Below, one piece after another: positions 53,740 to 64,000 of a stretch of 64,000 nt of DNA (position 1 is the first letter of the stretch; each line of letters begins with the position of its first letter). Source of the DNA: Lama glama (Eukaryota); contig CM052832.1 of the NCBI GenBank assembly GCA_028534125.1, positions 14,572,001-14,636,000 of the forward strand. Direction: 5' to 3'. The notes under the pieces were generated by a model. It worked only from the letters and a program-made list of their open reading frames with translations, had not been told where the DNA came from and did no database searches. The translations under genes and the position numbers were made by a program.

Positions 53740-55510
53740 AGGGACCCACAAGTCCCTAAAGTTCTGTTCATTTTTTAAAGTCTATTTTCCATTGTTTAGA
53801 TTGGGTATTTGTATTGTTCTATCCTCAAGTTCTCTGATTACTTCCTGTTACTGATTGCTTGCTGTTGAGCCCAGCCCACCCACTGAATTTATTTCATTTG
53901 GAGGTTCCACAATTTCCATTTGGTTCTTCTCTATATCTTCTATTTCTTTGCTGAAATTTTCTATTTCTTCATTTGTTTTAGCATGTTCTTAATTGCTCAC
54001 TGGAGCACTTTTATGATGACTGCTCTAAAATCTTTGTCAAATAACTCTAGCATCTTTGTCTTACTTATTGATTGCATTTTTGCATTCAGTTTGAGATCTT
54101 CTTGGCTCTTGGTATGATGAGTGATTTTAGATTGAAACTTGGATATTTTCTTATTATGTCCTGACTCTGGATCTTATTTAAACCTTCTGTTTGCTAGCTT
54201 TTTCTCACAATGATCTGGCAGAAGAAGGGGGAAGGTGCCCTCTTGTTACTGTCAGGTGGAGACAGAAGTCCAGGTTGCCTAGTCAGCCTCCTTGGACACG
54301 GAGAAGGGTTATGCATTACTGCTGGGCTAAAGTTTAAGTTCTGGCTCTCCAATAGGCCTCCTAATACTCCTATGGATGGGAGTGGCAGTGCCTTGTTACT
54401 GCTCCCCACAAAGCCTCCACTGACACGGGGATATTCGCAGCCTCATAACCACTGGGCATTAGTGAAAGTCCTTAAACTCTTCTGACACTACATCAATCAA
54501 GAGGGAACAATGCCTTGTCACTGCCAGATAGGAATGATAATCCCAGCTCCTCTCTGATACCACCTGGCTGGAGTTTGGAGCACTTCATTATAGCCTCACA
54601 AGGGTGGAAGTCTAAGCTCCCCACTTGGCCTTTGTGACATGGGTTGGGACAGGGCAAGTTTTTTCTGTGGTGTTTGGCTGGAGTAGAATAGTATTGTCTA
54701 AAAGGTTTGTTAAGCTGCCTCTTTTCTGGTCCTTTCGCTAAAGGGGTGTATTTTCTGGTCCTTTTTTCTTGGGGTGTGTTTTGTCTGTTGCCCATGGGTG
54801 TTTCTTGGTTGCCAGCTTCTTCAACTTCAAGTCTGGCACATATGAGGCAAAAAGAAACTCCAGAGAGCTCATCATGTTGTTCCTTGGGTCCCAAGTTTCC
54901 TAGCAGGTCTGCCTTCTCACCATCTTTCAGAGTCTTCTATGCTTGCTTTTTATGTATGTGTAACGTCCAGGATTTTAGTTGTACTTAGCAATAAGAATAG
55001 GGAAAGGTACATCTATTCCATCTTTCTGGAACCAGAAGTCCTTATTTTTTTTTAAACTTATTTTTTTAAAATAATTGTAGATTCACAAGAAGTTGAATAC
55101 AGAGAAGCCCCACATACCCTTTGCCTACTTTCCTACAACGGTTACTTCTTACATAACTACAGTATAATATATCACCCAGGAAACTGATACTGGTGTGTTT
55201 GTGTATAATTCTGTCATTCATCACGTGTATAGACTTGTATAACCACTCCCACAATAAAGATACAGAACTATTGCATCACCACAAACATTCCCCCTCATGC
55301 TACCCCTTTATAATCATTCCCTGCTCCTCCCACCCCCAAAACCATTCCTAACCCTTAACTACTAATTTATTCTTCACCTCAATAATTTTATCATTTATAT
55401 AGATAGGATCATGCAGTATATGACCATTTCAGATTGGCTTTTTCACTCAATATACTGCCCTTGAGATCCATCCAATAGTTCATCCTTTTTTATTGCTGAG
55501 TCATATTCCA
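53740..55510 (-). mobile_element. Degraded L1 fragments upstream of the BLTP3A promoter
   Basis: Antisense L1-like motifs; 3' end TTTTAAAATAATTGTAGATTCACAAGAAGTTG at about 55064. Confidence 0.6.
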
Positions 55511-56379
55511 TAACCCATACATTTTTAAAACACCTAGTTGATCCCTTTATTTCAGATCCAATAACTTCCCTCACTTGCTTGGCAGGATGGCCACATTTCT
55601 AAATTCATGATTAAACATTTATTCGTACATACTGTGCTTTGTATGGAACAAAAGAGGACATACACAAGCCCAAAGAAACATAAGACTATGCAAACAAGGA
55701 AAGGTAGTTTTATAGAAAACTCAAAAGCAAGAGGGTTAAATAGCAAATATGGTATTGCTGTCTATAAGGATTCTTAAGAGTAGTTTCTAGTTTATGATAG
55801 CTATGACTTTTTAAAACAACTTTATTGCGGTATGGTTGACAGACCACAAAGTGCACATATTTAAAGTGTACAGTTTTTTAAGTTTTGGCATATATACACA
55901 CCTGTGAAATCATCACCACAATCAACATAATAAAATACCCATCACTCTCAAAGGTCTAGCTGTTTGGAGCTACGCTGGCCTCCCTGCTGTTCCTCCAAAA
56001 AAATAAGTAGACTCCCACTTCAGTCTTTGTCCTGACTGGAAAGCTTGTGCCCTGGCCATCTGCATGGCTTTCCCCACCACCACCACCACTCCCTTCACAA
56101 CTTTCCTACAGTCATCCCTGAGCTGGCACTCCCTACCTATGCCCCTTACCTGCTTTATTTTTCTTCATGGCACATGCAAGCTAACATTGGTATTTTTGTT
56201 TATTGTCTGACTTCTCCTTTAGAATGGTAACTCCGTAAGAGGAGGAAAGACTTTATTACTGTGGTCCCATCACTCAGAACAGTGTCCAAATTCAGAACAA
56301 TATAAGAGTAGCAGACCTGAGACAGGGTCTTCTAGCAGAACAAGTGCATCAGTATTACTCTCCTCCCAGAGCATCTCTT

Positions 56380-56770
56380 TATCAGTCAGGTAGGCTTAGC
56401 TGCAGATAACAGAAAACTCAATATGTGGCTTCAATGAACAAGATGTTTATTTCTCTTTCACGTAAAAGATGTCTAAGGTAGGCAGTACATGGCAGCTCTT
56501 CAATCACTAGGGACCTATGTTCCTTCTATCTTGCTAACACCATCTTTAGTTGCCAATTCATAGTCCAAGATGTTGCTCGCATTTCAAACAAACATCACAT
56601 CCACATTGCTGTCAACAAGAAAGACAAAGGGCAGAAAAAAGGCATGTAGTCTCCTGCCACACAGCCTCACCTAGCTACAAGCTATGGGAAATGTGCTACT
56701 CATTGCAGATGGCCATGTATCCAGATGAAAATTAGGTGTTCTACTATTAAGGACAGTAAGAGATACTAGA
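56380..56770. mobile_element. MaLR (MLT1-type) LTR fragment
   Basis: GCTGCAGATAACAGAAAACTC...GGCTTCAATGAACAAGATGTTTATTTCTCTTTCACGTAA. Confidence 0.55.
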
Positions 56771-57249
56771 GTGGGCTATTAGTAATGACTAATTGCCACT
56801 CTGGGCTTTATTGTTACTCTTCTTTTTGTCCTTTTGACATCCTTCACTCTACCAGCAGAGGCCTGACAGATAAAAGGGATGAAGAGGGGGAAAATACAGC
56901 ATTTGAGTATAGAGGTAAAATTTTTTGTCCTACCTTTAACTTCTTGATTCTTTCAACAGCCATCCCCAAAAAGTACTAGAATGTGATATACAGGGAAAGA
57001 AAAGAGGGGAAAAATTGGGAGGCCTGTTTCTCAGGGTCACTGTGAAAGCTAAGTACTTACAAAGGGCTTTGAGACCTTGGCGTCCTGTGCTGAGTTCCAA
57101 GTCTCATTAGATGAGGACATAAATCTTAACTGGCAGCCAGAGAAAGATACTTATTCAAAAGGAACAAGTATAGAGAAACTGGACCATCACCTGATGGGTG
57201 ATCAAAATTACTATCACCAACTAGAGGCAGATGCCTGTGTGTTTGCCTA

Positions 57250-57860
57250 CCGATGTATCCTAGGGACAAAACTGGGGACATGTATCAAAATATAACCATG
57301 AGGAAACACCAGGCAAACCCCAAATGAGGAACATTCTATTAAACAAAAGTTGTGTGAGATAGACAGTGAGACAGAGAGGCTGAGGAATCGTTCTAGATTA
57401 AAAGGAGACTAAGGAAATATGACCCCCCTCAAAAAAGTACATGATTCCAGAGAGGATCCTGTACAGGCAAGAAAAAAAAAATACAAGGACAATGTTTATC
57501 AATGGACAAAAAAAATGAAACATGGCTGGTAGGTTATTGAACCAAGGTCGATAACTAAACCACAGTCATGTAAGGACGTATTTATTCTTAGGAATACGCA
57601 TTTAAGTATTTATGGTAAAAGGCATGATATAAACAACTTAACTCTCAAACAGTTCAGAAAGAATAGAATGTATATACATGGAGAGAAAGAGAGAAAGGGA
57701 GGGACGGAGGGAGGGGGAGTGAGGGCACACACACAAGCACCAATAATAAAGCAAATGAGGTGAAGTGCTAACAGCTAACAAAAGGTGATGGATGATCCTG
57801 GTCAAAGGGTATAAAAGTGTTCCTTGTGCAATTCTTAAACTTTTCTATAAGTTTGAAATC
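57250..57860 (+). mobile_element. Old L1 (L1MC/MD-like) 3' end
   Basis: CATGAGGAAACACCAGGCAAACCCCAAATGAGGAACATTCT...CTAGATTAAAAGGAGACTAAG. Confidence 0.65.
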
Positions 57861-60348
57861 TAGCACCCTGACCTTTAAAGAGCAAGAACAATAAGCAACA
57901 TTCAGATTGTTTTATTCCTGCACCTGTCTGATGAACTATTCTAGATGCAGGATTTGATTCTGTGTCAGAAAGTCTAACCTTTACATTTCAGTCAGGAAGG
58001 GAAGAAATATCTCCAATTAGTTAATATTAAGGTTTTCATGTAAAACAATATACTAGGCAAGCCTTCAGAACACTTCTGTCAGAGAAACCAAAGGTAGGCC
58101 AAGCTTTTTTCTTCTGTTCACCAAATAAAAGATACCATCTGACTGAAGCTATGTAATTGGGACAAACACTTAATCACCACTGGACTTTTTCCATACAGGA
58201 TGACCAAATTAGCCTGTGGTTCTATGCAAGGATCCCATTACTCATGCAGCCTCGAATCAAGGGGACTGGCATTCTGACAAACCATTAAAGCCAGGCAGCA
58301 GACATGATGACAGCCTGGACTTCAACTGCCCTCCCGATGGCTTTGGATCTACCCACAGAAAAGGAAGCAAATGTTACCCAACATCGACACTAAGTTCTTC
58401 GTTCTTGATATCTAGTAGTATTCTGGTTTACACCTATACTAATTCTCACATTACAGTGACTCATATTTTAGAATTAAAACCAGATGTCTAAAGGCATAAA
58501 TCAACAGCAGTAAGTCTGTCTTCTTCATAGCCTCTTACAAAGAAAATGTCTTATAATCAATTATTACAATAGTTTGCCCTGGGAGTTAACAAACAAAATA
58601 AAAAGAACCTTCCTTAGAACTATTTATTCCTACCTTTGTTCATTGTAGTTAAAACTTGCTAAACTTTAAAGTTGTCATATTGTTTTTCTGAAACTATGGA
58701 AAACACTTTCTTCATAAGACTAGAAATGTTTCTAGAGTGGATATTCAACCTTAAAAACATACTATGGAAAAAGCTTCCTTTTAGGAAAATCTGGGTAATT
58801 CCTAAGTATCCATTCCAATTTTAAAAACCTAAATGGGTACCTGTGAGCTTTCTGTGTACACACAGGCTCTTTACCCTGAGCCTGACAGCCATCCAAACCA
58901 GAAACTTGCTGAGTCACATGTTAAGCTCATGTGCCATAAGTTGGCACAGTTTCTCCTAACATTTAAGTCTGCAGAAGATTATAAAAACAAATCTTAGCTA
59001 TAAAAGTCAGACATATAAACTATCAATTTCTAAGACTTAAGTTCATCTTAAAAAGATATGACAATGAAAAACTAAAAAGCAAAAAGCAGTCCGGGCAAAA
59101 GCTCAGAGTAGGAGTTGACTCAGCTTCTACAGAGGCTGAGCATAAAGATCATCTCATTGTAAGGATCTCAAGTTCTAACCTTTCATTTACCTAGATATTA
59201 GATATGATGGTTTATTTGCTCCTCTTCAAAATATTCACAAGTTCTAGAATAAAAAGCAATCCACCTATTGCCATTTCAATTTCTAACTACAAATCTTAAA
59301 AAATTATAGACATAGACACATATATACGGTTATATTCTCGAGTAGGAAAGATCCTAAGACAGAGTTTGCCAAACTCAGTAATAATCGAAATTTACTAGGG
59401 CTCTTTCTGTAAAATGCAGATATGTAAGCCCTAACCCAGATATATAGAATCAAAATCTGGAATCTTCGTTTTGGAAAAGGTCCCCCATTATTCTGATCAC
59501 CAGCCAGGTTGTAAACTATTGGTTTGGGAACCCCTGGCCATAGCATCACTATAACTATATCCTCAGATAGCAAAGGTGGCTTGTTTTGTTTTTTAAATAA
59601 TGATTCAAAATAAAAAAGATACAAAAAGGTGGCAAACGTTCCTCCTTCAACCCTGTCCTCCAGCCACTCATTTACTTTTCATGGGCAACCAATACTACTA
59701 GTTGCTTATCTGAACTTCCAGAGGTCCTTTATGCATATACCAGTACATACAGATATTTCCTTTACAAAAGGATAGCAGCAAATAACACACTGTTATGTGA
59801 ACAAACCAAGGTGCAGAACAATGTGTACCTTGGAGATCTTTCTCCATCAGTACAGAACTTCCTTATTCTGTTTTCACCTGCCTGGAAAAAATATGCCACT
59901 TTGTGGATGTATTGGACTTGCTAAATCAGTCTTCTTTCTGACATCTATGTGATTTCCAGTCTTTAGCTGCAATGTATAATCTCGTACACATGTCATTTTG
60001 TACATGTACAAATCTACCTAAAGGAGAAATTCCTAGACATGGAAATGCTGAGTCAAAGGATACAGGTATTATAATTCTGAGAGATACTGCCAAACTGCCC
60101 TCTCCAAAGGTTGTAACAATCTTCACTTCCACTTATGTGAAACAGGAGTTTAGATTTTACACTGAGCTGAATATGAACAGTGTCAATGGCTTATTTTCTA
60201 GATTCCTCCCTAAAAATATCCTCCTTTTATAGCCTGGTGATATAAGAAATGACATTCTGAAGACACCTTCTGCACCATGGAAATCTGCATAATTTTTTGA
60301 TGACTAGTAGATTTTCAGACTATGTGAAGTTCAAGAAAAAGAGGATCC

Positions 60349-60460
60349 AAGGAAGACATACAAATGATCAAAAAGCACATGAAAACATGCTCAATATCAC
60401 TAATTATCAGAGAAATGCAAATCAAAACTACAATGAGGTATCACCTCACACCAGTCAGAA
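60349..60460 (+). mobile_element. L1 ORF2 C-terminal fragment running into an assembly gap
   Basis: Translates [30 protein letters not shown], a well-known L1 ORF2p motif; A-rich tail follows the gap. Confidence 0.9.
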
Positions 60461-60960
60461 NNNNNNNNNNNNNNNNNNNNNNNNNNNNNNNNNNNNNNNN
60501 NNNNNNNNNNNNNNNNNNNNNNNNNNNNNNNNNNNNNNNNNNNNNNNNNNNNNNNNNNNNNNNNNNNNNNNNNNNNNNNNNNNNNNNNNNNNNNNNNNNN
60601 NNNNNNNNNNNNNNNNNNNNNNNNNNNNNNNNNNNNNNNNNNNNNNNNNNNNNNNNNNNNNNNNNNNNNNNNNNNNNNNNNNNNNNNNNNNNNNNNNNNN
60701 NNNNNNNNNNNNNNNNNNNNNNNNNNNNNNNNNNNNNNNNNNNNNNNNNNNNNNNNNNNNNNNNNNNNNNNNNNNNNNNNNNNNNNNNNNNNNNNNNNNN
60801 NNNNNNNNNNNNNNNNNNNNNNNNNNNNNNNNNNNNNNNNNNNNNNNNNNNNNNNNNNNNNNNNNNNNNNNNNNNNNNNNNNNNNNNNNNNNNNNNNNNN
60901 NNNNNNNNNNNNNNNNNNNNNNNNNNNNNNNNNNNNNNNNNNNNNNNNNNNNNNNNNNNN
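60461..60960. other. Assembly gap (500 N)
   Basis: Run of N. Confidence 1.
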
Positions 60961-61359
60961 AAAAAAGAAAAAGAGGAGCTGAGTGAAAGGAGAAGCTGAG
61001 GTTAAGGCAATTTTTGCCATTCTTAGCTGATATGCGCTCACTGTGAAGCCTTTTTCTCTATTTCAGTATAAGACTTAAAATTTTCCACTTACTATGCAAA
61101 GTGTTATTCATGTGAAAATTATCCATGTGCTGTTTATTATTTTAATCAACAAAAGCTCTAGAAGTTTTAGATTTATAAAAGGCTTTGCACAAATAAAGGC
61201 AAGGTACCAAAAAGGACCCACTCTACACCTAAGGCAAGACTGTCACACAGAGAGCATGCCGAAGAATGAGCTAGAGAAACCCAGCTGAAACACTTCACCT
61301 CCTTTATAATACAGAAGTGAGAAAAAAGGGAACAATTTTTAACTAAAAGAGTTGACAAT

Positions 61360-61365
61360 TTTATT
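61360..61365 (-). terminator. SNRPC: SNRPC polyadenylation signal AATAAA
   Basis: AATAAA about 200 nt after the stop, followed by a U-rich downstream tract on the minus strand. Confidence 0.8.
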
Positions 61366-61566
61366 TTCACATTTCACAATACAAATGAAAATTGTTTTTT
61401 TCCCCTCAACTACTCCCCTCCAAAACTATTCTCTCTCTGATAGGAAGGCGGGAGCAAGTCTTCCTTGTCACGCTGTTAAAAAAACATCCAGAGTCACAGC
61501 ACCACAATCTCCTGGTGAAGTAGAACGAGTAATATAAAACTGATATAAAGAGGCTCCCCAATCGCC

Positions 61567-61691
61567 TTATCTGTCTGGTCGAGTCATCCCTGGTCGAGTG
61601 GGCACCATCATGGGACGGGCGGGAGGTCTCATCATTGGAGGCCCAGGCATCATTGGCATGTGGCCTCCCATAGGCGGCCTCATTCCAGGAG
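61567..61691 (-). CDS. SNRPC: SNRPC (U1 snRNP protein C) last coding exon
   Basis: After a ctgcag acceptor it translates (A)[40 protein letters not shown], the Met/Pro-rich U1-C C-terminus; earlier exons lie beyond the window. Confidence 0.96.
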
Positions 61692-63629
61692 CTGCAGGCG
61701 AAACAAAGAGACGGAAAAAACAGAGTCAGAAAATACTACTTATGAGAGCTTGATGGAACTTCAATTAAAAACAAAAAAGTAGCCCCCCGCCCTGCAAAAT
61801 GCTGGAAAAAAGACATACTTGACAGAAGAAATGCAACAAATTCATCACATCTGTAAATTACTTAGACATTCTCATACAAAAAAACAAAAAGGTCAACACA
61901 AGAACCATATGGGAATCATGATCTAATGATAGTAAGGGGGAAACTATTAAAAGATTGCTTTCCAGAAATCACCAGGGACTAGTTCCCTAAATTGACCTTT
62001 TTCTCACTCAGGGAAATTCACAACTAAGTCACATTTTATTCAGTCAGTTCTTTTAATCAGTTCTATCCACCATATAACCAGGAGCTATTTCATGAATGTA
62101 CACAGGCACAGAGGACAATCTTACCACTAAGCGTTTGTTCGGAGTTGTAGGAAAGGTGAGCAGGAGGCCCATGCTGAGAACCTGTTAGTAACCATACTTA
62201 GCTCAAGTCAAGAAAAATAATAGCAATAACGTGATTTATAACAATTAGCACATACACACACAAATCTGATTTTTCTAATGCATTTTAGAAACCATTAATG
62301 ATTTTTTTTTAAGTGTCCCAGCAATATACCAGCCAAATAAATGAGCTAGGGAAGGGAGGGCAAGCAGACAGGTGGAGGCTGGGGAGGAATAGAGGCAGCT
62401 CATGGGACTGGTAATGTTCTACTTCCTCAGCTGGGTGGTGGGTTCATGGTACTCAGTTTATTATTATGTCTCATATAATTTTCATCTTATATCTTTTTAA
62501 ATATCAAATTTTACCTAATTTATTTTTAACTAGATCATTTTGATTAAAGGCTTACAATAAATGGTTCAAGAGGAAACTATTTCAAACTGAATACAGCCTT
62601 ATCACTAAAAGTAAAACACAAGTATATGCAAAGACACAAAATTCAACAGGTACAGAATAATTTAAACAGAAACAGTAACACTAAACTTCTAAATACTTTG
62701 TTAAAAATCCCTCCATAATATAATGTGCATTCAGCATTTCTTAGAAGAAACTGATCTAGACCAAAGATTAAAATGAGGCACCTGAAAACTTGATTTCTTT
62801 GCTCTCTATAGTACATTAAATTTTAATTAGTTGTCAATATTGGCAACTAATATGTCTTACTACTAGTATGTAAATCTAGATTCCTTTTTTCAACTTTTCA
62901 TTATGGAAATATTGAAACTTACACAAGAATAGACTATAAGAATATAATGAACATCCATGTACCCATCATCCAGCTTCACAATTATCCACCCACAGTCAAC
63001 TTTGTTTTATCTCATCCCCATCCATTCATCCCTGCCCACCCACCACGTACTCAATTATTTTACTGCAAATCCCATAATTATATTATTTTATCCTGGCTAA
63101 AAACAACAAGAAAATACTCAGGAGAACTGGCAACACCAAGCCTGTATTCTCAAATGTCAACCACAGGCTGACACTGATACTAGAAGCCTTTTTTAGACAA
63201 GTCATGCATTCCCCAGTTCACATCCCTAAGCCCTCTAGGAATCTGAATTTGTAACCCCAGTTTAAGAAAGCAAGAGACATCTCAATCATTCTGATTGTGT
63301 TTTGGGTTCACAAGCCAGAAAGGCAGGAACTTTCTACCTATTCTCTCTCATCCCTCTAAATGATACCCACAGCAAGCATACTGAATGCTTCCGGCTAGGA
63401 GGCTACTGTAATACCTTTGCACCTTGTCTTACCAGTTCAGCGTAGGCTTCTTACGTCAGTTGTATTTATTCTAATTACATAATTTAATTATTCTATAAAC
63501 CAATAAACTATGAATGTAGGAAAATACTGATTCTATGAAGACAAAGCTGATACTAAGAAAGACACAGGCAAATCATCCCCCAAAAGTACAAATTCGGTAG
63601 GCAAGACCATCATAAAAAACTGGAACTAG

Positions 63630-63760
63630 TGGGAAAGGGTCTACTTCAGTGGTAAAGTGCATGCTTAGCATGTATGAGGTCCCAGCACTACCAGTAACGT
63701 AAATAAATAAATAAACCTAATTACCTCCCCTCACCAAAAAAATACATTAAAAAAAACACT
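63630..63760 (+). mobile_element. tRNA-derived SINE, diverged, in the SNRPC last intron
   Basis: Head plus CCTAATTACCTCCCC tail; flanked by AAAA(C/T)TGGAACTA. Confidence 0.8.
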
Positions 63761-64000
63761 AAATTTTAAAAATTGGAACTAAATTGCCTCACCCCTCTAA
63801 TCACTTTAAAGAAAATGAAACTAAAGTTGGTATGGCTTGTTGGTTTCTGTAAGAAATACATGGTGTTCCAATGAGCAGACTCATTCTCAAAGCAAAGGCC
63901 CATGTATGAGAAAAGTCTGCAAATTAATGTACATTTATGTTTAAATAAAATGTCTGAGGTACAAGGATTTTTTTCCCTTCCTGGAATAAAAGACTACCAC

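Noticed and set aside
60297..61041. ORFs of 211-229 aa
   Set aside because: Artefacts of translating through the 500-N gap; only the short L1 ORF2 remnant is real.

Overview
Mammalian genomic DNA. The many copies of one tRNA-derived SINE (head GGGGAGGGTATAGCTCAGTGGTAG, tail CCTAATTACCTCCCCC-polyA) suggest a camelid, which is an inference. The window holds the complete minus-strand coding region of BLTP3A (UHRF1BP1), a VPS13/chorein-family bridge-like lipid transfer protein. I reconstructed it by hand as 21 coding exons from ATG 52257 to TGA 2233. All introns are GT-AG with consistent phases, giving 4332 nt and 1443 aa. A CpG-island promoter lies at about 51.6-52.7 kb and intron 1 is about 24 kb. 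The last exon of the upstream gene SNRPC (U1-C) is at 61567-61691, also on the minus strand. The rest is intronic or intergenic sequence rich in SINEs, L1, L2, MIR, LTRs and DNA-transposon MITEs, with two assembly gaps. I see no prokaryote-type system, and most short ORFs in the track are spurious. The most unusual observation is a strong-Kozak uORF in the BLTP3A 5' leader. Its stop codon overlaps a consensus splice donor in the same phase as the normal exon-1 donor, so it could act either as a uORF or as an alternative N-terminus. Repeat family names come from motif recognition only and need RepeatMasker/Dfam confirmation.
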